From Vicugna vicugna (Eukaryota), in contig MU058781.1 in the NCBI GenBank assembly GCA_013265495.1, positions 6,972,522 through 7,034,521 on the forward strand: a DNA stretch of 62,000 nt. The letters run 5' to 3'. Numbering within the stretch: the first letter of the stretch is position 1; each line of letters starts with the position of its first letter. The position numbers and the translations under genes are program-made. A model generated the notes under the pieces. It did no database searches. It worked only from the letters and a program-made list of their open reading frames with translations, and had not been told where the DNA came from. Positions 24,000-36,612 of this stretch are shown in pieces.

Positions 24000-25344
24000 G
24001 CCATGACCCAGCAAGGGTGGCACACAGTAGGAGTGACCTGCTATTTGGGGGGATGCAATGAGGGGTGCGTTGTCTGTGTATAATTGTAAAACAGTAATGA
24101 AACCCACTAAAAGTTGGTTTGCTTTTTAGTATCACCGTGGAAGAACAACCCTAAACAAATGTCAGTGATAAAATACTCTTCCCTGAAAAAAACTTTTGTG
24201 GCCTAAGTTCTAAACAGTGTCTGTGGTTATTGTTGTTTTAATGATACAAACTTAGCACATTTGTATTACTTATGCTTTAATACACACTACTTCTATGTGG
24301 AAGTTAATTTGGAGAACCCCTACTTAAATGCTGAGCTACATGCTTTTTTGTTTTTTTTTAAATAATGACTGTTTCTTACCTGGTTTCTGAGGGTCAGTGT
24401 CCAAGAGTGGCTTAGGTTCATGATTCTGGTTCAACATCTTTTGTGAGATTGCAGTGAAGATGTTGGCTGCAGCTGCACTGTCTGAAGGCTTGCCTGGAGG
24501 TAAGATCTGCTTCCAGCTTAGTCTTCAGTTCCCCACTGGCTGTTGGTTGGAGGTTTCAGTTCCCCACTAGTTGGGCCTCTCCAGTGGGGTTGTTCATCAT
24601 GGCATTTGGCTTCTCCCGATATGAGCGATCCACACACATTCACTTTGAGAATAAGTTCCCCCAAATTCAGAACTGTGTGAGCTTAGTTCAAGTGTAGTTC
24701 AGGTCTCTGACCTCTGCGATACTGCACATGTCTGTGCTTAAACTATAGATTTGAAATCAACAGTCATAGCACAATGATGGCACAGATGAAGAAATCTTCT
24801 TCAGTTCTGTCACTCTTCGTGACCATTTGAAGATTTATTTGTGTTTAAATCTTGAAACAGTACAAATTGCGAGGGACACCATTTTTATTTGTTGAGTTTT
24901 AGTTTCCACGTGACACATTTTGTTGAATATGAATAATATCGTTAAAATTAAAATTCATTTAAAAAAATTCTTCTTTGTTTTAAAACTAAAGAAGGAACAA
25001 GAAGATACAATATCACATCAATATGATTTAGTAGTTTACCAAAACTGTAACTTTTTCAGACATTTTATTTTTATTGATATTTGCTTATTCAGTTATTGTA
25101 GTATTTTTATATTTAGAGAAATTCACATTCATTAATCATATATAAAGATGGACCAATATGTAGATAAGTTTTTCCCTCTTTATTCTAAAAAGTATATTAA
25201 AGTAATTACAGGATATTTAATTCATCACCTCCTCCCTTTTTTTGAATGGCAATTTCTTATTCTTTTTTATTGGCATGATTACAGATACATATTTAGTTCA
25301 ATAAAATAAAAGTGTCCCTGCCTATGCCCCTCTTCTGGCCACTG
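24000..25344 (+). mobile_element. MER97-like (hAT-Tip100) DNA transposon split by an MLT1
   Basis: gcaatgaggggtgcgttgtctgt..cccactaaaagttggtttgctttttagtatcacc..aatgtcagtgataaaatactc..ctaagttctaaaca. Ends gccactg at 25344; the right boundary is less certain. Confidence 0.7.
24365..24632 (-). mobile_element. MLT1F/H-like LTR fragment
   Basis: gtttctgagggtcag..gagattgcagtgaagatgttggctgcagctgca..tctgaaggcttgcctgg..gggcctctcca..gagcgatcca. Confidence 0.7.
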
Positions 25345-25608
25345 TTTCCTTTTGTAATTATAGCTCAAAAGATAGTTGTGTTGTATAGAGAAGGGTGGTG
25401 TTAGATTGAACTTGCGAGGAATGGTATATCTTCTGGGATAATTTTCACATAGTTTTTTTTAATCATCTATGATAACTCTCTTTGTACTTCATACTTAGTC
25501 AAAAAAAAAGTATATCCAGCTCTCCTGCTTTTATATCATGACATATCCCTGAAAAGCCTGTGTGTAATCAGAATCTGCGGAAAACAGAGATATTTAAAAC
25601 ATATTCTT

Positions 25609-25706
25609 AGAGGGAGGGTATAACTCAGTGGTAGAGCTCATGCATAGCATGCACAAGATCCTGGGTTCAATCCCCCGTACCTCCATTAAAAATAAAAAAT
25701 AAAAAT
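25609..25706 (+). mobile_element. Vic-1-type SINE (short form)
   Basis: tRNA-Ala-like body plus (A5T)n tail. 13-bp TSD aaaac(a/g)tattctt at 25596-25608 and 25707-25719; TT|AAAA target. Confidence 0.93.
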
Positions 25707-26704
25707 AAAACGTATTCTTTGGAACATACAAGTTATCCATTTTCTTTCCAGCATGCTTACATCTTATTTACCTTTATTTTATTTTTCCTTTTTACTCTTA
25801 AAGAGAAAGCAAGAAGCATTTGCAAAGGAATATTCTGTATTTGGATCGGAAAAGAGTAGGTGCTTTACCCACTCTCCCTACTCATCGCTCTGATTAAGGG
25901 AGGCATAGCTTCTTTCAGCCCTAAAAAACTTTGTTCCAGCCTCATGGGTCCTCCCTAGTCCAAAAAATCTGCTTCCTGCAACTCTGAAGTCATAGGCCAA
26001 CTTCTTACCCAGCTAGAATCAAAACAGCAGAAAGCTCCCTGCCACAGACAGTCCATGAACCACTCAGGCCAAAGATAAGATGTTTCTGGCTTCCCTCGTG
26101 TTGCCTGGGGACACGGTAGATGGAAATCACATCTGGGAGCAGCACATAACGCGTGCTTGACTGTATTGGCTAAATGACTGAGCTCCACAGACCCAGTGTT
26201 AAAAATCAACCAGCAATTAATTCCTTAATGCTCCCTAACTCTTCTTAAGGAATAACATCACCAAGTTCTTTGAATCGTTTCCTAGCCACAGACTTCTGTA
26301 TATTAACTTGTGAGTTTTCCCAAATGCATTTTCAGAAGAGCTCTTTTGATAGAATGGTTTGGATAGAACTTCTTTGTATTTTATTCTGTTGGTTCAAAAT
26401 ACGAAGCACGTGATGGGGTGGCCTGCTCTCTGGATATCACTCTCACACTGTCAGAGGCCAGCGAGCCCCCCAGTCCTTTAATTTTCCCTGCTTTGTTGGG
26501 AAAGGTGAAACCTCCCTGTCCTTTGGCCTCTTCCCACAGAGTCTACTTTCTGTTAGATGACAGTGATTGCTAATCAGAGATGCTCATTTGTGTGAATATA
26601 TTAACTAAAGAATGTGTCATTATCTCAGATAAAACAGACATTCCGTGAATCAGTTTAAGGAGAGCCATCAGTGGTTCAGATTTCTGGCTAGTGGGGGAGA
26701 AGTC

Positions 26705-26945
26705 ACGTGGCATTCAGGAGAAGGAATTCTGGCATCAGCATTAGAAAGATCAGGGTATGAATCTTGGTTCCTTAACCTATTAGCTAGGTCATCTTGGGCA
26801 AATGACTGACCTCTCTGAGACTTAGTTTTCTCGTCTCAAAAATGAGGGAGATATTTCCAATTGGCAGGGTTATTGTTTGAATCAGGTGGGATAACAGACG
26901 ACAGAATGCTTAGCACAAAGTGAGCTCTGTTGATTGGCATGTGTA
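26705..26945 (+). mobile_element. MIR SINE
   Basis: tgaatcttggttcc..tagctaggtcatcttgggcaaatgactgacctctctgagacttagttttctcgtc..aaaatgagg..gcttagcaca. Confidence 0.75.
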
Positions 26946-28369
26946 ATTGTGATATTTTGGGCCATTTTAGGCTTCTCTGAAGTTTCATCCTTTGTGTGAG
27001 TTTCTGTCTGGGTAGCTGATAGAAAGCTCTGGTTTTCCTTGGAGTTACTAGTAAAACTTTTTTGATAGTAAATTGCACCCAAACACTTGGGAATTCATAG
27101 TCTGGATGTTAGTTTTATTATTTACTTCGTGTAGGTTGTTTTATTATCTTAAAATCATCTCCCTTTGCATTTTATTGGCGTCTCTTCCAGCATATATGAT
27201 GCTGATCACTGAATAATTTACAGGTGATGATTCATTCAGGTGAAGGCAATAGCTTCTCTCCAAAAGAGGGTCAAAGTTTGCCTCTTAAAGATGAGGGTGG
27301 TTTTATAGATAGTCCCAATAAAGGTAAGAAAATATTATTTTGGGTGAGCCTCGTATTTACATATATATGGTCTTGGGACTACCCCAGGAGAGGCAAGCAA
27401 TTATAACTTGAATATATGCTAAAATTAGAAGCCACAGGATTTTCAACTTGGGAGGGAGAAAAAAGGCTGTTACTTTCCTTTGTATGAAAAACCCCTATTG
27501 AAATATTAAGGAGCTTTAGAAGCTTCTGATCCTGAGAAGGTAATCTGGGCTGGTTGTTTAACCTATTAATCCAATATATTTAATTCCTTTGGGCTAAGGA
27601 GGAAAATTATTTTTTCCTTAAAAAAGTAATTTTCATACTACATAAAACACACTCCGGTGTCCATTTTAAATGAATGATTATGAGAGCTGGGAAAGCTATT
27701 CAATCTGCCTGTGTGTCAGTTTCTTTCTCTATAAAATGAGGCAGTTGGGCTGGGCACTCAGACCTCTTCTGCTCTCACATGCTGTGATTTGTAATGCAAA
27801 TTATAAGGATTGAATGACTGTTGAACATCTGTCAGTCATTCTGTAACCTTTAAATGAAGGTTGACTGGCCCTCCAGAAGATTGTATAATTTTAATATTCC
27901 AGGAAAAGAAGGAGTTGAAACATTTATAAATGAGAAAAAAAGGCAGCGAGAGAATCCTGACTTTGCACTCTTTTTGTGTTGGTTTTTCTTATCGACCAGC
28001 AAGTCACTGCCGCTTCTTTGAGGCTAAGTAGATGCTTGTTTCGAGTTTTCTTTGCTTGGCTCTGATAGTACGTGCTATGTTAAAAACTTTTCTTCCCTCT
28101 GGAATTCTTAAACTGTGCCCGCTGGCAGCTTCACCACATTATTTTCTGTAGATTTTGTTACAAACTTGCTTCATAAAGCTTAAAAATGCAAAGTTCAAGT
28201 AACCGGGCATGAATTTTTTAAGTGACATTTCAAGTTCAAACTTTCCACCAAATTTGACTTTCTCTTCTATTCTTTACATTTCGCTTAATTTCTACTAGAT
28301 ATTTTAATGGTAACTTTGAGAGAAACATCTATTATGGTACTCCTTCCTTTATATTTAGTTAGCATATAA

Positions 28370-28600
28370 ACTACATTTCAACGATTTACCAAGTGCTTTA
28401 CTTGTATTTAAACTCATTTAACCCTCACTGAAACCAATATACATCTCGTAACAAGTTTATAAAGTTAAGCAAGGGTAATAATTATCAGCTTTTTGTAGAT
28501 TAGGAAACTTAGGTGTAGGGAGGTTAAATATCTTGCTGGCCATGTTGGCATGGAAACCCATAGTCTGAATTTGACCTCCCTGGTCTTTCCACTTCACCAG
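28370..28600 (-). mobile_element. MIR SINE
   Basis: aagtgctttacttgtatttaaactcatttaaccctcac..tttgtagattaggaaacttagg..gaggttaaatatcttg. Confidence 0.65.
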
Positions 28601-28719
28601 CTCAGTTCAAATCAGCCAGTCTGCTGTAACACATGTTTGAAATGGTTTCAGAAGAGGAACCCCAAAGAATGAATGTTGCCACTTTTTTCTGGGCCTAGAG
28701 ACAATCTCAGCCCATAGAT

Positions 28720-29003
28720 GCAAACATAGCCGAGGCTGGGGGTACCAGCTTTGGAGCCAGACTGTGCGTTTCAGTCCTGGTGCTGGTGCTCGCCACCCAG
28801 TGTAACCTGGGCCCATTAGGTAAATGTCTAAATGCCTCCATTCTGTCATCTGTAGGATGGAGGGAATAGCCATAGGGTTGTTGTGAGAATTCAGTGAAAT
28901 TGTATGTTTACATAACATATGAATATAGAAAATATTATATACGTATAAATGCTTTAGCACCATTTTCAGCAAATAGTAAATATTGAATAAATCTTAGCTA
29001 TCA
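28720..29003 (+). mobile_element. MIR SINE
   Basis: ctttggagccagactg..tgtaacctggg..gcctccattctgtcatctgtaggatgg..catagggttgttgtgagaatt..aataaatcttagctat. Confidence 0.75.
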
Positions 29004-29354
29004 TCAGAATATTCTTATAGGACAATCCTATTATGCAGATGAGGAAAATGAGTCTTTAGAAAGGTCAAGTAATGACCTGGAAAACCAGGCTAGTGGGTAA
29101 AGACACAAAGATGCTCAGTCAGAATTCTAACACACTGCTCCAGGTTCCCTAGATGAGGGTCATCGAGATGGCTTTCTTATGTGTTTTCTTTTCAACCAAA
29201 TAAAGTATTAAATACCAGATCAACATCACTATAGAAAGACATGTACGTGTTTGCCTGAGAGCCTAGTCAAATCCATTTCTTTTATTTCTTTTTAATGGGT
29301 TTAGCCAAGGTTATTTCACAAATGCATAAAGTTTTGATTTTTTACCATGAGCAG

Positions 29355-29525
29355 CTTTCATTCTTCTAACCAGTGTTTACTGAGCATGTGTTATGTTCTA
29401 TGCAGTGTATTAGGCACAGTGGGTGAAAAAACTAGACAACATACCCACCCTGTGATGGTTACAGATAAGTGGGCGACATAGACAGAGGAGCCTGTAAAAT
29501 ACAGTGTCATTTGCTCTCATAGGGA
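29355..29525 (-). mobile_element. L2 3' end fragment
   Basis: tcattcttctaaccagtgtttactgagcatgtgttatgttc..gtattaggcacagtggg. Confidence 0.55.
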
Positions 29526-31559
29526 TTTGTCCAGTTTGGGGAAAGGTTGGTTTTTTTGGGGGGTGGGAATTCATCAGGTTTGCTGCTCATGGATGTACAT
29601 CAGATGCTTCTTAGAAACAGTAGGCTTGTCTTTCATTTGTTATGCCTAGAACGTACTAAATATTTGGTGAGGTTGCTTGCTTTGAAGGTTCAGTGAGTTG
29701 CAAGCAGATATTGCACTGTTTGCCAGCTGGAAAAGTCACCAGGGGAGCACATAAAGGAGATTACGACTCTATAATATACAGAGGGAAAACAATAGGTATG
29801 GATTCGAAACAGAACATATTAAAGGGGGACATGTGAGTGCCGTCTGCCTTGAAACAGGGTTTAATTCTAAATGCTGTCGTCTACTGTTTCTTGGATGGAG
29901 GAAGTGAAAAAAACTTGAACCATGGATTCTGGTTCGCCTGCTTTATTCGTTTTGCTCAGGAGGAATAAAGCACCTAGTGGAAGGTTTGAAAAATAACAAA
30001 CTCTTCAATCAGCCATTTTTTCTTTTTTCTTTCCTCCTCCTTCCCCACCTCCCCCATTTTTAAAAGTAATGCTTGTTTTGCAAATTTGCTAATAAATCAT
30101 GGTAGGACTTCAATAAAAAAGGAATGAAGTATGGAATGATGTTAAATATTTACTTATTCTTTTTTGTTCTTATTATTTATTGGCTTCAGTGAAGAATGTC
30201 CCTTCTGATCCCTGGCCCTTCTTTTAGGCTTTAATACACTTTGCTTCCTTATCTGTCCTCCTCAGTCCTGTGATTCATTCACTCTCACATACCTAACTCA
30301 CCCGCTCTTGGACTTGAATGGGAGCACAGCTCTCCTGGAAATCCTAGCATTTCCATCCCTGCTTCCGTTGAGAGATGTCCGCCTGCGGGGCTTTGCCTAC
30401 TGTTCAGTTCCAGTTAATGCCTTTGGGCTCAGAAAGGTCCTCAGCCCACAAGAAAAGACCAGACTGCTCATATTCTAGGATCAGAGCTGTTACTCCTGAA
30501 TGTTTATCCTGCAATCATTTTTTAAAGCCAGCCTAGACCTTCCCTTTCCAACCTTGCTGGGGCTATTCTGTGTCGCTAGTCCCTGGTTTCTCTTAGATCC
30601 TTTCTGGCCAGCTGTCCAGTGTAGACTCCAGTTCTGCTGGGGCCTCAGTGCTCTGTGCCCTGTGACCTAGTAAATAGCACTGGACCTCTGGAACCCTGGA
30701 GCCCCGCAAATTTCCTTGTGGGTCTTCCTAGACAGGTGCTTGACTTGGCACTGGCAGTGCGTGGTGTCCCTAAACGGAGATGGGAAGAAGGTGGCACATA
30801 GCAGCCTCACCACTTTTCCCTAAAGACACAGGCAGTCTCTCTTAGCCACTTGCCAAAGGCTAAAGTGTCATGGAGTTCTGGGCATTGGATTTAAAGCCCT
30901 TTTCTCCATCCTGTGCCACTCCTCAGGGAAAAACCAGACACAGGACCACAAGCATTGCTCTTGCATTGCCCTACACAGGAGCTGGAGACATCCACTTATC
31001 TTTGAAGGCAGCTTCTGTCAGATCATTCCTCCAAGTGAGTGGACCTTCACCATTTGTCCTGACTTATTAAGATTTGCTGTGAGAAGCAGTAAGTCTGAAG
31101 GAGACTCCTGTCCCTTCTGGAGACCTTAGGAAGCCCTTTCCTGTCTCCGAGTCAGAGATCTCCACAGCTCCACCTCCTTCAAGAACCCTCCCACCGGCAG
31201 CCGCAGTGACTCTCCACTCAGCCTCCTTTTGCCCCAACACGCTGAGCCCACAGCTAAGTCTTCAGTATCCAGCTTGCCAAACCTACTTGGAACGTTTCTT
31301 TGGCTGCTTTGTTTTTTGCATAATACTTTACAACTGTTACCTCTTCCCATCACAGTAAGGCAGGAGGGTGTGTCTATGACAATAGGGATTATATCTGACT
31401 CTTGGATTCGATGAAATAATATACATAAAACTTCTGGTCTGTAGTGGGGATTCAGTGAACATTAGCTTCCTTGATCCTGCGTTCTTTTTCTGGCAGCGAG
31501 CCAGGTGTAGGCAGGCTCTTCAACTTTTGTTTGGTGAGCGCCGTTACAGTGTGGGTGTT

Positions 31560-31735
31560 GGTTTCCCAAGTTTGGGTTCAAATTCATCCTCTAGGTGACT
31601 TTGGGTAACAGGCAATTTGTTTAACCTCTGTGCCTCAGGTTCCTTATCAGTAGAGTTAGCACAAAGAAGAGTTCCTATTCGTAACATTGTTGTGAAGATT
31701 GAGTGAGTTAATATGTTAGGTGCTGGTAAGACCAC
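31560..31735 (+). mobile_element. MIR SINE
   Basis: tgggttcaaattc..ggcaatttgtttaacctctgtgcctcaggttccttatcagta..ttgttgtgaagatt. Confidence 0.7.
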
Positions 31736-31991
31736 GGACATAGGGCTGAGTGGGAGAAATAATTTGTTATGTTAGAAACAGAAGTGAGGCTACAGTGATC
31801 ACTGCCATATAAAGCAATGGATTTCATTGCTATGTAGCATAGAGTCAGACCAGTTCCCTCTCTCTCTTTGTGAAAACCCAAGTTAGACTGGAGTTGACTG
31901 CACAGAATAGGGCTTCCAAAACTGAGGTCAAAAGGTCCGTTGGAGCAGCTTTGCTGGGAATGGGAGTTTATGACTCGGCTGAGCAAGATAG

Positions 31992-32522
31992 GCATATTTC
32001 TCAAACCCCATGGTAAGAATCACCTGGGTCCCTTGTGAGACAGACTGTAAGGGCCTTGCCCCAGACAGACCTAGTGAATCAGACTCTTCAGGGAGGGCCT
32101 TGGAATCTGATGTTTAACAACCCAGACAAATAGTACCACCTGGAAACACCAAACACTCAAGCACCTGGCGGGCTTGAAGCAGCACTGATGCCTGGGTCTC
32201 ATGCACTGGACGTTCTGATTTGATAATTTTGGGGTCTTGGTGTACCGTGTACAGGCAATGAGGACTTCTTTTTTAAAGATTCTCGAAAAATCTAATGTGA
32301 GTCAGAGTTGAAAACCACTAAAATATAGAGTGAAAATCAGACTTAAGTCAGTATTTCTCAGAATCAGTTGGACTACATGTTAAAAATACAGATTTATAAA
32401 CTCCAGTCAGCTAATTTGGACTCTGGTAGTAGTGGGGTGGGCTGGGGTGAGGGTGGGTAGGGAGACTGAGACCCTGGAAACACTTTCCAGATGATTCTTC
32501 TGCATGCTAGACTGAGAACTAC
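31992..32522. mobile_element. Three adjacent MER5-family (hAT-Charlie) MITEs
   Basis: Three units with ttctcaaa..gaatcacctggg..gccccagac..tgaatcaga / gatgcctgggtc..ttctgatttgat..gttgaaaaccact / cagtatttctca..tgttaaaaatacagatt..gattct..tgagaactac. Confidence 0.65.
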
Positions 32523-33597
32523 CCACCGAATGGTGTTTTCCCTTAGTAGGCACCTGTGGAAATGGCTGAATGAGCAAAATGGAATCATTATTTCCTGTCC
32601 TGCTAAACCAGTCTGTTAGAAACATGCTTATGCATGTAGTGTTTGTAAGTTCATTGCTGTCCTTTGATTGGTATGGGGTGTCTAGAGGGTCATCTGATTT
32701 TCACTATGCTTTGATTCGACGTGGCAGAAGTTTATGAGAGTTATTTTTGGATTTTTGCACCTCCCCTTGAACATAACAGGTCAGATGTTGAAACCAGGGG
32801 AGAGTTAGATAGAACGCAGTCAACTGGCTGAGCAGGTTGCATTTCAGTGTGGGGTGCCTGTGTTCTCAAGGCTGCAAAACAAAGGCTCTGAAAAAGTGGG
32901 AGCTGATTGAAAGGAGAAGGTAGAGCTTTGTAAGATTAGAAGTTCCGTGTAGCTGTTCTGAAGACAGAAAGCCCGTCCCTTCGTTCAGATGGCAACCTTG
33001 CACAAGGGCTGGAGTCTCGTGTGTTTTTGTTCAGCACTGCAGCCCCAATGCCTAACACGTGCTTGGCACTCAGTGGGGTTCTGTAAATAGTTGAGAAATG
33101 AGTCCTTTCCCCTATGGCAACAGTGTAAGTGCAGGGTTTCCCCTTTTCCTTTAAGACTAAGGGAAACAGTTTCTTCAGAGAGCAAATCTAGGAAATTTAT
33201 ATGGTCTGTGCAGAGATTTATCAGGTCGCCTTGGAGGGAACGACTCCTCAGTCTGCAAAACCAGCTCATAAACTAATTGAAGGCATTTTATTTGTGTATA
33301 TAAATAATCTGTTGGTGGGAGGTGGGAGGAGATTAAGTGTGGGAGCATAGATAAGAGGACTCTCTAAAGCTGCACATTGGCAGTACGCATGCGAGCCCCA
33401 ACCAGAGAAATGGGTGAGCTGCCAAGGATGGTGCACCACCAAGTGCTAGTAGTGGGTTTCTCTCTGCTCTGGAGATGGATGTCTCAGGCAACCAGAGCCT
33501 GATGGCATTAACAGTTGAGTGGTCAGCCTCTCCTGTGATCTAATTGACATTCAACTCATCAGTAAACCTGACACTTTGGTTTCTCATGTGGCTTGTT

Positions 33598-33692
33598 CAG
33601 AGCCTTGCTACTCAAACTGTGGTCCATGGACCAGCAGCACTGGCATCACCTGGGAGCTTGTCAGAAACGTGGACTCTCATGCCCCACCCCAG
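33598..33692. mobile_element. MER5A fragment
   Basis: gctactcaaactgtggtccatggaccagcagcactggcatcacctgggagcttgtcagaaa..gccccacccca. Confidence 0.8.
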
Positions 33693-34184
33693 TAAGCCCA
33701 AACCAAGGGTGTTTGGTTTGCCTGAGAATGTGCCATTCTGTTTTTCTATGTCATACTCACGAATGTTTAGTTAGTATGAGTCAGTCTCCATGCGTTTGAT
33801 TAACTTCAAGATACTGGCAAGTAGTTGCTGAACATGTAAGGCCGAGAGCTGACCCTGGGCAGAGGTGAATTCACCAAGGGAAAGTCACTGAATGGGTGGC
33901 TGGTTCAGATGACCTCCCTTTTTGTCATGTGCTGCCTTTTAATTTCAGCACTGACACCAGCGACACGTTGCCTCTGATAACTGTATGGGGCTCCCTTCCA
34001 TTCTGGCAGGTGCGCTGCCGTGGACTCTTGTGCTTTCCAGCTGCGCGAGTATACTTCCTCCAGCTTCTTGGCAGCCAGCTAGCACTCGAGCAATTTCTAA
34101 GAGTCTTTGCAATGGTGAAGAAAGGAGCCTTACTTGTTGAAATTCTGTAGGGCACATTTGTGTATGTATCATCATGTTTCAAAT

Positions 34185-34790
34185 TAACTGAAGTTCATAC
34201 TTTATTCAGACTTCCTTAGTTTCTACCTGGTGCCTTTTTCTGTTCCAAGGCCCCACCCAAGAGACCACGTTACGATTAGTCATGATCTCTCAGGCTCATC
34301 TTGGCTGAGTTCCTCAGACTTGCCTTGTTTTTGATGGCCTTGCCAGTTTTGAGGAGGACTGTCAGGTATTTTTAGACTGTCCCTCAATCGGGATTTGGGA
34401 TTTGTCTGATGTTTTTCTCGTGATCAGACTGGGATTGTGGGTTTTCAGGAGGATGACCATAGAACTAAAGTGCCATTCTTACACTATCAACGTGACTTGG
34501 CCGCCTGACTGAGGTACGGTTGGTCAGGTTTATCCACTTTAAGGTTACTCTTTCTCCCCTTTCCCCTGACTTACTCTTTGGAAGGAAGTCTCTGTGTTTT
34601 GTCCACACTTAGGAATCAGGGATTTATGCTCCACTTCCTGAGGGTAGAGTGTTTACATCAGTTATTTAGAATTCTGCATGGGAGACTGGTCAATTCTCCA
34701 TCATCTATTTTTATCAGTATGGACTCATGAATACCTATTTTATACTTTGTGTTATAATCCAATACTGCTTTCTTTTGTTGCTCAAATTAT
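34185..34790 (-). mobile_element. L1MC-type 3' UTR fragment
   Basis: actttattcagacttccttagttt..ttttctgttcca..ccttgtttttgatggccttgccagttttgaggaggactgtcaggtattt..tttatcagtatggactcatg..gttataatccaatact. Confidence 0.8.
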
Positions 34791-35164
34791 AGATTTTTTT
34801 TTTTTGATGTTCATTAGAAACACAGGACTGTTGTCACTGACTGGGTCTGTAGGCGAAGGAGGTAACTGCTTACCTGGTGTGATTTCAGTGGGGCTTACCA
34901 CCAATCCTAAAGTTGGTGCTGTTTGAAATACTTAGTTATTCCTCGTATTAATTTGCTAGAGCTGCCTTGGCCAAGGACCACAGGCTGGGTGGCTTAAACA
35001 ACAGAAATTTATTTTCTCACAGCCCCAGAGGCGAGAAGTCTGGGATCAGGGTCAGCAAGGCTGATTTCTTTTGAGGCTTCTCTCCTTGGCCTGTTAGTGG
35101 CCATCTTCTCCCTGGTCATGACCTGGTTTTCCTTCTGTGCTTGACTGTGTCCTGATCTCCTCTT

Positions 35165-36612
35165 TTTCTTTTCAGAAAGATAAAACATAAGTATATTTAC
35201 GAGGCTTAAAGAGTGCTTACTTTCTGCATTTACAAGCTCATTTATTACATACATGCAAATGTACAATCAAAACTGTATTCACCTGATTACTGTCGACTGA
35301 AATAAAATCACACAACATGAGAGTTGTGGGTTAAATTTTATTTGCGGCAAAATGAGGACGATAGCCTGGGAGACAGCACCTCAGATCGCTCTGAGAAACT
35401 GTTCTAAAGAGGCAGGGGGATAACTCAGTATTATATATGATTTCAATGAAGAGGGGGACGTGCAGTCAGGCACACGTTTAGGCAGAGGCTGCTGCTAGTC
35501 ACAAGGGGCAGGTGTCACTGTTCATGATTTTAGTACTTTTCTAGATATGAGGAGATGCAAGAATTTGGGCTCATCAAATCTTTTCCTGAAAATAACTATC
35601 TGAAGGGCTGTTCTGTCAGTTTTTCCCAGAGCACAGAGCACCTCATTCCTGATCTCCACCCTGAACTCCTTTCAGGGAGTGTTGAAGGGTCAGCGGCTGC
35701 AATGGCTCGTTATTTAATCCAAGCAGAGTTAGATGGCAGGTGCCAGAGGGATCCAATCCAGCCAATCCTTGTAGAGACAGCTGGCAAGTGCTAGTTTTTA
35801 GTTAGCAGGGTGCCTTCATGGTCATAAATTCAATGATAGTTTGGGAGGCATTTCAGGACCATTTCATCCCGTGATGCTAGGAATGCGTATTCCTAGGTCA
35901 GGCGAGGATTTTGTTGGTAGGCCCCTCAGTGTGCTCTTACAGGACTAGGCCTAATTAACAGTAGCAAAAAGTCTCTGGACCACCAGTCTTACAAGCCTGT
36001 TATGGTCCAGGAAAATACTCTCTTTTGTTGCTTCTTCCCATATCTAGAGTTACACTATTACAATCATTGGTCTCATACAGAAGTATACATCTGATCTAGT
36101 GCTTCAAGTCACCTAGTCATTATTTTATCGGAGGCGCAGTCATACATTTGGTAATGCAAGAAACAACAATTTTGTAAAACAGGCAAAATATAAAGACTAG
36201 AGTTAGCAGTATTAGTAAGGTCGTAAGTAAGAACTGAAGCCAAGAACTTCCATTAGGTGCGGCTCAGTGTATCCACAGGTCCTCTGACTTAGTCTGTTCT
36301 GTACCCATCCTTATCTTTAAGGAAGATGTTATACAGGCATTGTTCATAAGACACTCAGACAAATTTCCTAGTGTTGTTAGGCTGGTGATCCTTAGTATGG
36401 TTTAATTTTTTCCAACATAAGAGAGCCTTTAAACGTACATGTAAATAGCCTAGTGTTAACCATAGAAGTCCTTCCCATAATTGAGGGAGGTTATGTTCTT
36501 TGGCTGAAACTTGCTTGTTGCCTTGAATGACTTGAGTGACCTTATAAGAAAAGTCATATGTGTGGCCAGGCTCAGAGCAGGTATTATTAATTGGGCAGGT
36601 GAGGGGATTCCA
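35165..36612 (-). mobile_element. ERV1-type 3' fragment (internal + complete LTR + ~120 bp extra), apparently retroposed by L1
   Basis: Read on the - strand: internal-like sequence 36612-35808, TG..CA-bounded LTR 35807-35291, unique 35290-35173, then a short A-tail. Exact 13-bp TSD ctgatctcctctt at 35152-35164 and 36613-36625. Confidence 0.75.
35291..35807 (-). mobile_element. ERV1-type LTR (517 bp)
   Basis: - strand starts TGCTAACTAAAAAC and ends TTTCAGTCGACA. The + strand motif ttttatttgcggcaaaatgaggac..cctgggagacagc..ctctgagaaactg resembles laurasiatherian ERV1 LTRs. Confidence 0.8.

Noticed and set aside
16564..25706. tRNA-Ala(AGC) genes at 16564, 21203 and 25609
   Set aside because: A-rich tails, TSDs and stem-breaking substitutions mark them as SINE copies.
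35808..36612. Captured env (syncytin-like) gene in the ERV internal part
   Set aside because: Only about 0.8 kb, 5'-truncated, with no ORF longer than 63 aa.
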